From Nemertoderma westbladi (Eukaryota > Animalia > Xenacoelomorpha): DNA of 64,000 nt. Position numbers and translations under genes: made by a program. The notes beneath the pieces are model-generated. The model ran no database searches. It saw only the letters and a list, made by a program, of their open reading frames with translations, and had not been told where the DNA came from. Below are positions 48,603 to 62,520 of this stretch, one piece after another (positions within the stretch are counted from its first letter, which is position 1; the number at the start of each line of letters is the position of its first letter). The stretch spans positions 124,001-188,000 of the forward strand of contig JAUCBJ010000788.1 of the NCBI GenBank assembly GCA_032718475.1, given 5' to 3'.

Positions 48603-48833
48603 AAGCAAGCAAACAGTCGGCCGAAGCCGGAGGCGACCCGAAGGCTCCTCTTTCGATAGCTGCTACCCGATGGTAGGGGTGGGCGCTACTCCTATCCCAA
48701 GATTTGCTCCCAGTTATTTAACTGGTACTCATTTTATCGACCCCAGTGGATGAAAGGCTGAGTGGACCCTGGCGGGGCTGAACTTAGAACCATTAGATTG
48801 CAGGCCCGGCGCTCAACCAACTGAGGTACCCGC
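48603..48833 (-). mobile_element. tRNA-derived SINE
   Basis: Minus-strand head with A-box-like TACCTCAGTTGG and B-box-like GTTCAGCCC; central CACTCAGCCTTTCATCC..GGGGTCGATAAAATGAGTACC of CORE/Meta type; short (TTGC)n tail. Confidence 0.75.
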
Positions 48834-49316
48834 CTTCTGGATTACATCCTGGATTACATACACATTAAACACAAATGCTTCTGTTTTATCGAAAACTAAA
48901 CTTTAAACGCCGATACAGGATGTGTAACCTGCTCCTCTCCTATAAGCCTACGCTGTAATAGAACAAAAATAAAATAAAAACAAAATCACGTTTTTTGTGT
49001 GACCATTCTACAAAAAAGCGAATCAGCAATCCACTCACATTGCCCGAAACCTATCAAGGGCAAACGCGGGAGTTTAGGCTTTAGGGGCGCTGTTTGACCT
49101 CCGTTGGGGTTTATTATCGAGGATTCCACCATTTCGTTGTGTCTATAGGTCGCCATTTTTGCATTAACCCACATCCTGCCGTATCCCACTGGAGGTTTCA
49201 GTCCATCAGATACAACAATAGGCCTATTCAAGTTTATTTACAGCCAGAAAATCGCCGTGCAGCCACTAATTTGTCCTTTACCTCTCACACAGTCACAGGC
49301 TGAGATTATGGTAGCA

Positions 49317-49594
49317 CGAACTTAGTTCCAATCGCACATATTCAAATGCGAACTTGGTTCCAATTGAAACGAATGTAGTTCCAAAATAAATTTACAAAGC
49401 GAACTTAGTTCCAATCGAGGCGAACTAAGTTCCAATCCCAGAATATCAAAACCCACTTAGTTCCAATGGATGCGAATTTAGTTCCAATGCATGCGAGTTT
49501 AGTTCCAATGGAAGCGAATTTAGTTCCAATGCATGCGAATTTAGTTCCAATGGAAGCGAATTTATTTCCAATCGGTACGAACTTAGTTCCAATG
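49317..49594 (+). repeat. 21-bp tandem repeat (GCGAA(C/T)TTAGTTCCAAT core)
   Basis: About 11 degenerate copies directly upstream of the CRE element. Confidence 0.85.
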
Positions 49595-49599
49595 TTTCA

Positions 49600-52241
49600 T
49601 GCGATTTTTGAGAACCCGTCGGACGTCCACGGCTGGATCAGGCTTCTTCTTGTGGGCCACTGCTGCATCCCGGCACCGGGGCGAGGTGGGAAGAAGCATC
49701 AGTGATCCCTCGCCTCACAGGTTAACCGCCTGATCTCGGACTTCCGTTCCACCTCCCTAGTGGGTTCTGGGGTCCCTACACCTCCGCGTCGCCTCTCCGG
49801 ACCCCGTCGCCAGAAGCTTGAAGAAGAATCCGTCCGGTTCGCCTCGGCAGTGGCTGAGAAGATCGAGGACGGGGACGTGAAGGGAGCCATCCGTTTGCCC
49901 ACCTCCAAGGACTCCATTGCTCCCGATACCCCTGAGATGTTGGAGATGCTCCGCAGTAAGCACCCGTCCAAACCCATCGATAGACGAGTCGCATCACCGC
50001 CAGTTGCACCGTCAGCGAGGCCGTCTACACCAGCAACCCTCTGGAAGATGATCGCCTCCTTCCCCTGCGGGAGTGCAGGTGGCCCTGATGGGGTGAGGCC
50101 CCAGATCTACAAGGATCTGGTCGCACCAACCAGCGGCGTAGCGGGTGAGCGCTTCCTGGCGGCCCTCGCGAGGTTTGTGGACACCACGGTGGCAGGCGAG
50201 GTGCCAGTAGTCATCCGGCCAATCTTCTTTGGGGCTAACTTGTTTGCCTTCTCTAAGGTGGGCGGGGGCATCAGGCCCATAGCGGTGGGGGTCACACTCC
50301 GGCGCCTGTGCGGCAAGTACGTTGGACACCTGGTGGCGGAGCAGCGGTCAGAGTCGTATGGGATGGTTCAGCTGGGAATCGGCTGTAAGCTGGGAGTGGA
50401 AGCTGCCGCCCATGCAGTTAGGGCACTAGTGGGAGAAGAGAACCGGCCGGGTACCGTGTTGCTGAAGGTCAACTTCAGCAACGCGTTCAACTCCATTCGG
50501 CAGGATTCGATGCTGGAAGTTGTCTATGACCAGTACCCGGGCATATACAACTACACCCTCGCGGCCTATGGGGATGCAACCTTCCTCATGCATGGCGACG
50601 ACACCATTCTCTCCGACGAGGGTGTTCAGCAGGGGGACACTGACGGCCCTCGTCTCGTCGGGGACATCGCTAACCCCGTCATCCAGACAATAGTCTGCCT
50701 TCAACGTCTGGTACCTGGACGATGGGAACCTCTCCGACAACTCCCAGGTGGTACTGCGGGACCTGGTGCGGTTGATCGAGGAGGGGGGGGGGGGAGTGCG
50801 GTTTAACGATAAACCCCAGGAAGAGTGACGTGTTCTTCCTGGGGCCAGAGACACGCCCAGATACGTCGCGAGTTTGATACCATTTGCGCTGGCATCCAGT
50901 ACCCGCCTTTGGACGAGCTGATGATGCTGGGTGCGCCTATTGGAGAGTCCGCCATCAAGTCCTGCCTCGCCTCCAAGGTAGGAAACCTCTCGACTCTCGC
51001 TAGCCGCCTGCCGCTTCTCGATGCCCACCATGGGTTCTTCCTCCTGAAGAACTCATTTGCCATGCTGCGGTTGACCTACTTCCTGCGGACGGCACCCTGC
51101 TTCCAGTTTCCAGCCCTACTATAGGACTTTGATCGCGTCCAGTGTAGCACACTCCAGGAGTTCGCCAACACCCACTTTGACGACACGGTCTGACCCAGGC
51201 TTGCCTCCTGGCAAGGGTTGGTGGTCTAGGACTGAGTTCTGCAGCACAGCTCGCACCCTCCTCCGCCTTCTAGGCTTCCGCGGCTGAATGCGCTACTCTC
51301 TCCAACTGCCTTTACCCGTCTGCAGAGGTCCCCCCTAGCCCAGCAGTAGAGTTGGCACACGCAGTGCGCAACACCTCCCTTCCAGCCGGTTCGGCACTAC
51401 CCACCGTGCCTGTCCAGCGCGCATGGGTGGCCCCGGTGCACAAGGAGTCCCTCGCCAGCATCCGTTGCGCAGCATCGCAACTGAACCTCGCACAGCTGAA
51501 CTCGCTCGACAACCCCACAGCGGGCTGCTGGCTCGATGCCCTGCCCCGCGCCTCATTGGGGCTGAAACTAACTGACACCCAGTTCCGGATCGCCATTGCC
51601 ACCCGGCTTGGGTGCAAGGTGGTGGAACCCCACACCTGTGACCATTGCGGTAGTCCAGTCGCTGCAGACGGCCTTCACGGTCTCTCCTGCTGGAGTAGTG
51701 CGGGCCGGCACCCCCACCACACCATGATAAACAACTTGGTGAGGCGGGCACTGGTCAGCTGCGACATCCTGTCAGTCCTGGAACCCCCGGGTCTCTTCAG
51801 GAACGACGGGAAACAAGTGGACGGGGTGAGCCTCGCCCCTTGGAGCGGGGGAAGAAGCCTTACTTGGGACGCTACGGTAGTCGACCCCCTCGTCCCCAGC
51901 CACCCCCCTCGTCCCCAGCCACCTCCAATCCAATAGACCGTCATCGCCGGCGGGCGCACAGCTGAGGAGGCAGAGCGGAGGAAACGCGCGACGTACGCCG
52001 AGCTGGAGCAGCGGGGCCTCCAAATTTTTCATCCTGTGGCCTTTGAGACCCTCGGCCGCCCGGCCCGGAGACTGCGGCCTTCCTCCGGGAGGTTGGCTCC
52101 TGAATGAACGCGTTCACCCACAGACCCCACTCACTCTGCTTCCTCCTGCAGCAGATTCTGGTGGCCATTCTAGTGGACAACGCGGCTTCTGTTATGGCGA
52201 CGGGCGGTCCCTCTCCGGGTGACCTTTTTGATGGACCCTGA
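49600..52241 (+). mobile_element. CRE-clade non-LTR retrotransposon (RT plus restriction-like endonuclease), frameshifted
   Basis: GSAGGPDG, IRPIAVG, FSNAFNSI, GVQQGD.DGP, WYLDDG; then CDHCG..HGLSC..RH and DG..LTWDATVVD..AE..K of the RLE domain; GC-rich. Confidence 0.88.
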
Positions 52242-55200
52242 ACTCTATTCCTAACTTAATTAATTAATTCATTTTATAAAATCTGCGTCTAATTTATAAA
52301 TTTAAATACCAATATTCTGTTATCAGTAATTTTGATTAAATATTGCTTATTATTTTGAAAATAAAAATGTAATGAATAATAAGGTTATCCCAACGATGAG
52401 ATTCTAATTTGGAAAAAATTTCACCAGCTTTAAAATGAAATTTAGCATTGTTTTCTATGGAGAAATTTCACTATGAGAGCGTTTTCCGCGGACATATTTT
52501 GCCTATAAAATGGACAAATGTGACCAGGGTTCCTGACCGAAGGGTGAATGGGGAGGCAGGATGAGCATGTTATTCTAACCAACGTTTACCACATTTAAGT
52601 AGTTTATGTAGGGTTCATTAAACATAAGTTGAAACCAAGTAGGCCTATGGTGAGACATGACCAACTACAGTAACTCTAACCAAAATGATCACAGCCACAG
52701 TATGCCCTACAGTAGTCAACTGTATAGGCCTACCCACACCAGTCCACACAGTACAGTTTGAAGTACCGCAGTACAGCTACCGGTTGTGCGGTAGTTCGTT
52801 GTACAGTGTACAGCTTTATATAGGCCTACTACAGTATATTGCATGTTGCACCTTTGCCAGAATGTTAATGTTATTCTTTTTTGTTTGTTGCTTAGGTAAG
52901 TAATACAATACTGTATAATCAGCTGGTGATGTGAAGGTTTTTAGTCTTTGTAATGTCTTTGTGTCTTTGTATTTAATTGCGATTAAATTGGTTCACAGAA
53001 TTAAATCATTAAATTAATTAATTAACCGCTTATAAAGAGCAAACTAAACTAACATAAAATTTGTTGAAATTTGTCGAAATTTGGATTATGAATTCAGATC
53101 CTTGCATTCAATTCTTCCTAAAGTTTTCCGCTACAAATGGACTGGGGCCACTTTACAACAAAAGGACCCAAAAGGGTTATTTTTGGGCCTGTTTGATCTA
53201 AAAAGCTGCAGAGTATTTTTCGCAAAATTTGTTGAGAAGATATATTGAAAAAGGGTCCCGCTATTTTAGATAATACCATTTTTCTTTGTTCAACAATAAC
53301 TTTGTCAAAAAATAATGAAATTTCTCAAAGAAATTTATCATACTTGCTAAAAAATATAACTATAATAAAACACCTTTTTTGCAATTTTATTTGTATCTGT
53401 ATCGTGACAGTTTTCATGAAAATGGTCTTTGTAAAATATCGTGCTGCTCATAGGCTTGTCAAAAAATAGACTACATGTAGCTCTTATGTTTTGGCTAATA
53501 ACTCGAGTTTGAGAAAATATATGTAAAATGAATTCTTCGAAATGATTTGAAATCTTCATTAAATTCGGCACATGAATGAATTTAAATACAGTATTTTTGA
53601 CAATTTACAAAGGAGGAGGGGGGTGCTTCCAACCCCCACCCCCACCCCCTTAAAAAATAAGTGCCTTTGAATAATGATATTTTTATGAAGGGTGGGGACG
53701 CCAAAAAAAACTGTGCTTGCACCCAGCGCCAATACATCTCGCTACGCCTCTAGCTAAACAGTTGTTCAATTCAAATACATAAATTTAGAATTTGAAGCAC
53801 AAGGGACCAACACTCTACAACTCATTATATCAATTATTATGCATCCGATATACGTTGTTCTATTTTTTAGTTCCCCTGACAACCTCTTGAAACACAAACA
53901 TGAATTTCGGTATATGTCATCATCTTAACCTAAATCTCGATATTTTATTAAAGATGAAACAAACATTTCCAAAAAACTCTAGTTTCCAATGCAAAAGGAG
54001 TTGAATAAAGGCCCATGCCCTTTAACTAGTCATAGCAACTAACTAGAGAGTCAAAGATTGTTAAATTTTCCTTGGCTTTGTGGTTGCATTTTCTTTAGGA
54101 AGTTCCATTCTAATTAGGAACCGAGAGGTTACTTACTGTAATAATTGCTTAAGACTGGCTGGTTGGCTGGCTAACTGACTGATCTCCAGCTAAAAATACT
54201 CTTAACGATTTCGATGAAAAATGCGTATAAAAAATGCGTACAGCTGAATGTTTTTTAGTTATGCTGCTCTATAATTAATTAGGTGTTGTATGTATTTAAT
54301 TTAAATCTTATTCGTAAAGAGAAGTTAATTATGTTTTGCCAACACAATGACATGATATGCTCATGGGTACTTCGACTTGTTACATGGTGCTTGGATTTAT
54401 TACTGGTTACATGGATTTGGAATTGGGCAGTTCAATTTGTAACTGGGTGCTCAGATTTGCAACCATTTGTAACAAATCATAACCAGGGACATCAGGTTGC
54501 GACAGGGTGTTCATATTTGAAACCAAACATAATGATTTGTATTGAGGAACACAGATTTGTAACCGGGAACTCCAATTTGTTACAGAACTCTCAGATTTGT
54601 AACTTAGAATAACTCAGATTTGTAACCAGGAACCACTACCAGGAATTCGTAACCGCTACCAGTTGACTGTTTTTTATGAAATAAAAAGGCCTTATCTGGC
54701 CGCCAGGCCCGTCACTAGTAATATATAGTATATTAGTTTCATATAGTATGGCATTATTATGGTGATGTTTATTTCTTGGGTTAGAATAACGTGCCCCTGT
54801 AATCATCTGTAATAATCATCTGATCATTCCCCTTAATTGATAATTATCGTCGTTAATTCACCCATTCGAGATATAAATTCGCAGAAATAGGGTTTGAGCC
54901 AAGTTCCCAAGCATAACAAAGTAGGCCTACCGTTCTACAAATTTGGGTATTCGAACAAAACATGTTTTGAGCCCGCTTTTCTAAGAAATAATTAGCTATA
55001 ATTGTACTGTGTTTCAAAATTCACTTAAAACCAAGCTGTTAATGAATATCATGAAATTATTCAGAAATTCCACAATAAAAAGGATTCCTATATCAATGTA
55101 GGCATACTCTGTTATACAACAATGTAAAGATTATCACTAAATAATATGGTGACCAATCACAGGCGTTGATTGGGCAATTTACCAATTCCTGTCTCAATGC

Positions 55201-56169
55201 CGTGGTTGCTAGACAACATTAATAAACAATTCCCTTTTATGATAATATAACTCCAATACGTGCAATATCCTGAATATTGATGTTCATCATATAAACAACA
55301 CTGTGAATATTTGTATTTAAATTTTGAATTAAATCTTATTGAATATTAACGGTTTTGTTATTTTTTTTATTTGTTATTTATTAATGAATTAATTACTAAT
55401 GAATGTCTTAAGATTTTGTGTAAAATGTCTTTACAATTTTTCATAAAAACCTAATTGTAAAATAATATCACCATTATTATTTATTCCATTGCATTATATA
55501 TACAGTAGTAGAATATTATTTTCATTATATATGTGCTATACTACACTATAATATTCTAGTATTTTGCGTATGGGTATAAGTATGTCGTTCTTGGTAATGT
55601 TTCAACGCTAATAATAAGTCAAATAAGCCAATGTTTGAGTAAATGGAAACAGATTTGTTACACACGTAGTCAATCAAAATTTTAGAAATTCTAGACATAG
55701 ATAGACTTATATAATACCTATGTCGACAGCTAGTGGTCTAATGACTATGTCCACTAATTGAATTCTACGCAAAGGCTTATCTGGACTTACGTGTACGCGA
55801 TGCCCACACGTGTGTGAACTAATGCAATCTTAAATCTGAAACATCTCCTAGCGATATAGTAAAGTTACTTAAAAAATAATTTTTTCCAATAAATTATGTA
55901 GGTGATTACGTAAGTAGGTGATTCCTTAATTAGATGAATTACGTAAGAGTTGATCATTATGACAAACTAGCTTCACTATCCCTTTATTGCACCGAGCAGG
56001 CGATTTTCATAGAAAAAAACAATTTATGTTCTTTGGTAATAAAAAGCTGTCAATACTGTGAAATATAACAAAAAAAGCCAAATTTTTTGATATTGTGTTT
56101 TCACAAAACGTTGCTTAAAAGCAACACAGTGCGATAAAAAATCGTAATATTGAAAAATTATGCAGTTAA

Positions 56170-56893
56170 GAGGGGGGCTACACCATTTTGGTCCAAAATA
56201 TGTCGAAATATTTTTTATGGTATATTGTAATGCACCATTGAGTGGCGTTTCCAATTCTGAAAACTGCTACTGTATTTAATAGCTATTTTAGTTTTCAGGT
56301 TATAACAATTTCCATTTAGGGAATCCTATTGAAATTACTATTACTATGTATAATGAAAGGTCGATTATCTCCAAATATTTTTTTTATGAAATTGTCAACT
56401 TCGAAACCCTACTACTTCTACAATTTTTGAGTAATTAGTCTGAAACTTTCTGTGGCTGTCTACATAGCCACCCTGCATAAAAGTATCAGACAACTTTTCG
56501 AAATTTTTTGTTAATAAACTTTAATACTATTTATAACAAACCTAAAAATTTAGCATAAATTTGCAGCGCCACATAGCGGTGCAGAATTATTTTCACAAAA
56601 TTTCGCCTGATAGTTATGTTGCCCCATCCTTGGTCTATCATATAAAAAAACTTTCATGTGATTAGGTTCAAAACTGTAAAAGCCTTAGGGTTTTAAGCGC
56701 AACCAAGTTTTTTTTATTTTTAACTAGTATTAACTAATATTAAATAGCGAAAAAAAAATTTTTCTGACCTGTCATCTAGAATAGAATCTTAGGCACCTAT
56801 ATGCCAAATTTTAGCCAAAACCAAACAATTTTGAAACGCTGAGAGTAATAAATCGAAGTGTTGTCCAAAAATGGTGCACCCCCCCCCCCCCCC
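56170..56893. mobile_element. Non-autonomous TTAA-flanked DNA element (Kolobok-like)
   Basis: TTAA-G(n)CTACACCATTTTGG ... CCAAAAATGGTGCA-C(n)-TTAA. Confidence 0.6.
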
Positions 56894-56987
56894 TTAATTG
56901 TTTTTATGTCGGTTTTCTTCCAGTTTGAATACAACTGTTTCGACTAACTCATTTCAACTGTTTGTTTGTCCATCTCCCTGTGTTCTG

Positions 56988-57616
56988 TGGCTGCCTCACA
57001 TCTACTCCCCAATGGTGGCTGCCTCACATCTACTCCCCCAATGGTGGCTGCCTCATATTTACTCCCCAATGGTGGCTGCCTCATATCTACTCCCCAATGG
57101 TGGCTGCACCACATCTACTCCCCAATGGTGGCTGCACCACATCTACTCTCCAATGGTGGCTGCACCACAGCTACACCCCAACGGTGGCTGCTCAACATAT
57201 TCAGCGTAAAGGTGGCTTCACCACACCTACTCCCCAACGGTAGCTGCACCACATCTACTCCCAATGGTGGCTGCACCACATCTACTCCCCAACGGTAGCT
57301 GCACCACATATACTCCCAACGGTAGCTGCACCACATCTAATCCCCAACGGTGGCTGCACCACATCTACTCACCAACGGTGGCTGCACCACATATACTCCC
57401 CAACGGTGGCTGCACCACATCTACTCCCCAACGGTGGCTGCACCTCATTTTCTCCCCAACGGTGGCTGCACCACATCTACTCTCCAAAGGTGGCTGCACC
57501 ACATCTACTCCCCAACGGTGGCTGCACCACATCTACTCCCCAAAGGTGGCTGCACCACATCTACTCCCCAACGGTGGATGCACCACATCTACTCCCCAAC
57601 GGTGGTTGCACCACAT
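56988..57616. repeat. 28-bp minisatellite, about 22 copies
   Basis: Unit TGGCTGCACCACATCTACTCCCCAACGG; explains the repetitive ORFs in several frames. Confidence 0.95.
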
Positions 57617-58572
57617 TATATTCTGCATACTACTATTTAGACTACCTTCATTGACCTATAAATAAGTTTGTTTGCTTTAGGAAATTAATATACTAAATAA
57701 ATAATTAGCAATATCATTTTAATTAATAAATTCACCTAATTAACTAATAACCAATAATTTGAATCCCAAATAATTAACTCAAATTATCGATAGACCCTTC
57801 TATGCACTTATAAATTGCCTGTGAAACTGTATTTCCCTTAGTAATCTAATTACCAAATCTAATAATTAGCCTATTCACTTATTAAATAAATAATTAGCTC
57901 TAAAATACTCTAAGTTCCTGTCTTTCTATAACCTTAAAAAATGTATTTAGTGTCATTAAGTGACAAACAAAAAGGCTTTTACATGCTAAAAATGGAAATC
58001 CTAAAATTGCATTGTTCTCATCCGTTTCCCAGTACCGGTACCTTTACTTTACTATGTTCCTTAAAAGTAACACATCTCATTTTGTGTCTCATAATTACAA
58101 ACTAACCGCTAAATTTGCAACAATACATGTAATAGGTGGAGGTTTTACAAAAACAATACGTTATTATTTTTTTGGCACCATAAAATTATTACAGGTATAA
58201 AAAAAAACCGACCTAAAGTCACCCCATAAACTAAAAATCACAATTTTACAATCAGCATTGAACGTTAAAACTCACAACATAATTTAAACCTCCTACCCAA
58301 GCTTCTTCGATTTTATTAGATAATTTAATTATCTTACTACTGTATAAGCTACAAGGTACAGTAATGGATAGGTGATGGTTTTTCTTTGAGATAAGACTAA
58401 TAATATAATTGTTGCTTAAAAGCAACAAGTGCAACAAACGGTTTTATTACGTTTTTATTGTGGTTTGCTTCGATTATTACTCAATTAAATAATAAAACAA
58501 TTATTACTATTATCTATTATTTCAAAATTATTATTTCAGCTAATTAATAATATTATATTATTAGCCGACGCA

Positions 58573-59208
58573 ATGAGTAGTGTAACAGCTAAACAGCGGA
58601 AAGCCAAACTGGCGGAGAGAATCTACAGAGATACTCACTTCACAAAGAAAGAAGTCGAGAGATTACTAAATATATTCAGTCGTCTTACCAAAACCGAGAA
58701 AATGGACAGAACCACCTTCAGGGACTTTCTACATGATAAGTTCGATATGACAGACGATACAATGATGGAAAGAGTGTTTAGAATATTCGATAAGGACACA
58801 GACGGGGCGATCAACATGATGGAATGGGTTTCCGGATTGTCGGTTTTCCTTTTAGGAACCCCGGCAGAGTTGATGGATTTCTGCTTCAAAGTTTACGATA
58901 TAAATTCCGACGGTCACATAAGCCGTGAAGAGATCTTCGGTTTCCTGAAGAACAGTTTGGTGAAGCAACCGATTGAGGAGGACCCTGATGAAGGAGCCAA
59001 GGATCTAGTAGAGTTGATTATAAGGATGATGGACGCCGATCATGACGGAAGGTTGTCTGCGGAAGATTACACAGAGGCTGTGCAACGGGAACCCTTACTG
59101 TTGGAAGTTCTAGGTCCTTGCATGCCGGATCCGATGAGCAAAGTTTCCTTCCTTGTCACCTTTCAAGAAGCAGCTCATTCTGTAGGCGTGTTTTTCTGGT
59201 ACACGTGA
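58573..59208 (+). CDS. EFCAB1: Calaxin / EF-hand calcium-binding domain protein 1 (axonemal dynein regulator), intronless
   Basis: HFTKKEVE, MDRTTFRDFLHDKFDMTDD..MERVFRIFDKD, three EF-hands, LVKQPIEEDPDEG.KDLVE and EPLLLE..GPC.PD closely match calaxin. Confidence 0.92.
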   Translation: MSSVTAKQRKAKLAERIYRDTHFTKKEVERLLNIFSRLTKTEKMDRTTFRDFLHDKFDMTDDTMMERVFRIFDKDTDGAINMMEWVSGLSVFLLGTPAELMDFCFKVYDINSDGHISREEIFGFLKNSLVKQPIEEDPDEGAKDLVELIIRMMDADHDGRLSAEDYTEAVQREPLLLEVLGPCMPDPMSKVSFLVTFQEAAHSVGVFFWYT

Positions 59209-59579
59209 ATTATCTCCTATATTAAATAACTATTTGGTAACCAAAAAAACTAAAGATAAACAATTAAATTTTATGTATAATTGTGCACTTCTAACTGTTT
59301 AGTCTATAAGAAAGTATTAATAATAATAATGAAATGTAAAATTAATAATATTTCGCGTTATTTAAATTTAATCTTCAGTCTTTAAAGTTACCCTTGCGCA
59401 GTACGGTATGCCATTTCAAACGTTGTTAAGCTGTGCCTTCCAAAAATTACGCTCACTTATTCAACTTTTGGCTCATTTGATAAAAACCGACAAAATGAAT
59501 TATTCATTGAAATTGTAAATAAAATATACAAATCCCAATACGACAAGGCGAGCTAACTTCCTTGGCAGATAAGCTTTGT

Positions 59580-60060
59580 CTTAGAACAGTTCGTGTTCTC
59601 AAGAGCACCGAATGAGGACTGGACATACTGATGAGGTTCTGATTAAGGACATGGTGGGCGGTTGGCGACTCGCCCTTGCGTCAGCAGATGATAGTGGCAA
59701 TGGTGAAATTTAATTTGCCTATAAATGAATCCAACTGCACATGCAGCATTGGACAAAATAGACCAAATCTCTAACCGCATCATCCGTTGCCACTTCTCAT
59801 GTTCTGGAAGACTGGCTAAGAAGTTTCCTAAGGTGGTTCTGATTGTGTGCTACTCTCCAACTAGTGTTGCCCCTGTAGAGGAGGTGGAAAATTTCTACCT
59901 GAATTTACAAGCAGCTACTGATGGTGTGGATCTGCAAGAATTCTTATCTTTCCTGGGTGACTTCAATGTAAGTCTCCATCGCTCATCCACATCTCCATGG
60001 GTTTACAGCGATAGTGCCAACCGAAATTCAGTCCAGACTGATTCAGGAAATCAATCCGTC
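59580..60060 (+). mobile_element. RTE-like APE endonuclease fragment
   Basis: QEHR, ISNRII, IVCYSPTS..VENFY.NL, LGDFN. Confidence 0.75.
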
Positions 60061-60674
60061 ATGGAAATGAAGGGCAACCTAACACTACATGGATCTTTTC
60101 GGGGAATCTCGTTGATCTCGCGAAAGTTATGGGGGATATGGAGATGTGGAGGTGCAGTTTTTTTTTTTATAAACCGGCATTGCATTCATAATGCACAATA
60201 CATTAGGCTTGCAAGTTGTGTATTGCATGTTGGTCAGTCAACATTTTTTGTCAAGCCAGCATAGCCTCTTAATGTGCCGTTGGTTTTTTGGTTTGGGGTG
60301 CAAATTAAAAGGGGATGAACACTTAAAATTTTGATTCAAATATGAATTAATATGTATAATTTTGACTATGATCAATTAACACCTAGACTTTACTCATTTT
60401 AATATAACTGAGAAAGCTAAGCCATTCAATCTAATTGAGTATTGAGTTACATTTGGGGGAGTTATTACATAATAATGAATAATTGTTTATTATCAATGCA
60501 GATTTATTTATTATCCATGTAGATTACACATATAAAATGTACTTTTCTGCTTTTCTATGCATACACAGTTACACTAGACACAAAACCTAATTATACACTT
60601 TATGATAAATCTATTTCCTTCACAACAATACAAAGTAGTACTCATGCGAACAAATTTCATTGGGAATAGTTTAT

Positions 60675-60842
60675 TTAGTTGCAAAGGTCTTCAGAGCAGA
60701 ATTGGTAGTGGCAGTTGTCTTTGCCTTCACAAAGAACGCGTTCTATTGCATCGTAATCATTCGTATCAACATCTGGTGGTAGGTCGTCTAGATCATCGGC
60801 TGTGGCGCAATAAGCTGCTGTTTCATCTCCTAGTTTAGAAGT
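60675..60842 (-). CDS. Last coding exon of a probable Ly6/uPAR (three-finger) protein
   Basis: Acceptor TTATTTCAG, then TSKLGDETAAYC...LCEGKDNCHYQFCSEDLCN-stop; CxxDLCN is the LU-domain terminus. Confidence 0.6.
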   Translation of the reverse strand, partial: TSKLGDETAAYCATADDLDDLPPDVDTNDYDAIERVLCEGKDNCHYQFCSEDLCN

Positions 60843-61094
60843 CTGAAATAAGAATATTATATTTACCGTTAGTGTAGGCCTAGCCATGGAATTATAATTG
60901 TATGTATCAGCAAGGCGACGATGGTCAGCTGATTAGTAGGTTTCGTACAACACAAGGTCTCAAGTCTCAAGTCTCAAGTGCCAAACCCGGAAAATGAAAA
61001 TATAATTTATTTATTAAGTCCTAAAGTGAGACATAGAATCAGGGGTAATCAATTGAAATTCGTCAAACGCGTTACTAAATGTTAATATTATTAA

Positions 61095-61519
61095 GGGGCC
61101 GTCCAAGTATGACGTCAGCACTTTAGGGGGGGTTGGGAAAATCTGATGACGTGCTGATGAGGGGAGGGGAGGGGGTCAGCCAAAATCTGACGTCAGCATG
61201 TTCATTTATAGGTGCTAGAAGAGATATAGCACAAGAGTAAATACTGTAGCTTGCTATTTTAATTGTTCGAAGCCCCCGAAGGCCCCTAGCAAAACCTTCT
61301 GTTTCAGTTACCAGTCACCATGTTTCAGTGATTAGGACGCGTGCTACTGGGGTACTGCGGTACTGGGGTTCGCCTGAAAATGAAACATTTTTTTTTATCT
61401 GATTTAGGGGGGGGGGGGGGGGGGGGGGGGTCAACGCCTATCTGATGACATCTGATTTAGGGGAGGGAGGGGGTCAACATTTTGGGGAAAAGTGCAGACG
61501 TCATACTTGGAACGGCCCC
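61095..61519. mobile_element. PIF/Harbinger-type MITE
   Basis: TIR GGGGCCGT(T)CCAAGTATGACGTC; TAA on both sides. Confidence 0.88.
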
Positions 61520-61646
61520 TAACTGGGGTGAGTTTGTGTATATAGGTTAATACATTTCAGGTATTAGCAGAATCGGTAACTCTGGGTGTATACTATATAT
61601 TCCTTTGCAGTACAGATGTACTGTACCGTACTGTGTGCTCACTTAC

Positions 61647-61684
61647 TGTACCAATATATTCCTTTACAGCACAGCACACCGTGC
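61647..61684 (-). CDS. Candidate 38-nt upstream exon of the three-finger gene (xTVCCAVKEYIGT)
   Basis: CTTCAG acceptor and GTAAGT donor; its phase-0 end joins the exon starting at 60842. Confidence 0.45.
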
Positions 61685-62122
61685 CTGAAGTAGCTCAATG
61701 ACTTTGAGCTCAAAAATACTCATGGACAATTTTTGTTTTAGATTATTTGTTTTTTATTTTTTATAATATAGATAAATACTGTAGGCATATTAATATTAGA
61801 GACGATAAAATAATAAAGTGAATTTATTAATTTAAAGTAAATTAACAGACAAATAATTATTAGGACCGTATAAAATAATGTAAAGTAATTCAACTACTGT
61901 AATACTGTATACCGCAATGAAGTGAATGAAGCAATAATGATGGATCCAATAACGAGTTTAAAGTAAACAGGTAGAATGTGGGAACGTGCAATACAATAGC
62001 ATATCAAGAGAAATAACAAAAAATAAGTTACCTAAAGAAGGGGTGCTTTAATAGTGAAGATTATGATGGGGGCCCAGATCTGGAATAAGCCGCGGGTCAT
62101 CAATAGAAGATGGTGGCATAGC

Positions 62123-62520
62123 TTAAAGAGATCTATGTCCTCTCAGACATATGCCTGCTGATCTCACCAGACTAAATGAGATCCTGCAACGCAGCCAGTG
62201 CGATACAGCTGCATAAGTGGAGCCTCTCTTCTCCGAAAGGAGACCTGCCAGATATGCCATGAAACGGCTGCACTCCGGTCCTGCTGCACCACCAGTCGAA
62301 AACACTAAAGGAGTAAAGGAGGCACGCTCGACATTTATAATTCTATCATTGTAGGACCGGCGCTTCTCCCCTTCGTGGCTCTTAAGAATAGAGTCTATAG
62401 GAGAGGAGAGATATGATGTTGCATTAGGGTAAAATACACGAACATCGAAAAAAAAAGATTTGGAGAAGCGTCCCCAAAACCCCCTTGCCGAAATATCCAG
62501 ACGAGCTTCACTGGATGTGT
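62123..62520 (-). mobile_element. 3' fragment of a second CRE-like element (RLE domain)
   Basis: ARLDISARGFW..FFDVRVF.PNA..HEGEKRRSY..FTPLVFSTGG..WLRCRISFSL..CLRG.R. Confidence 0.85.

Noticed and set aside
56898-57665. Repetitive His/Pro/Trp-rich proteins
   Set aside because: These are translations of a 28-bp minisatellite that is open in several frames.
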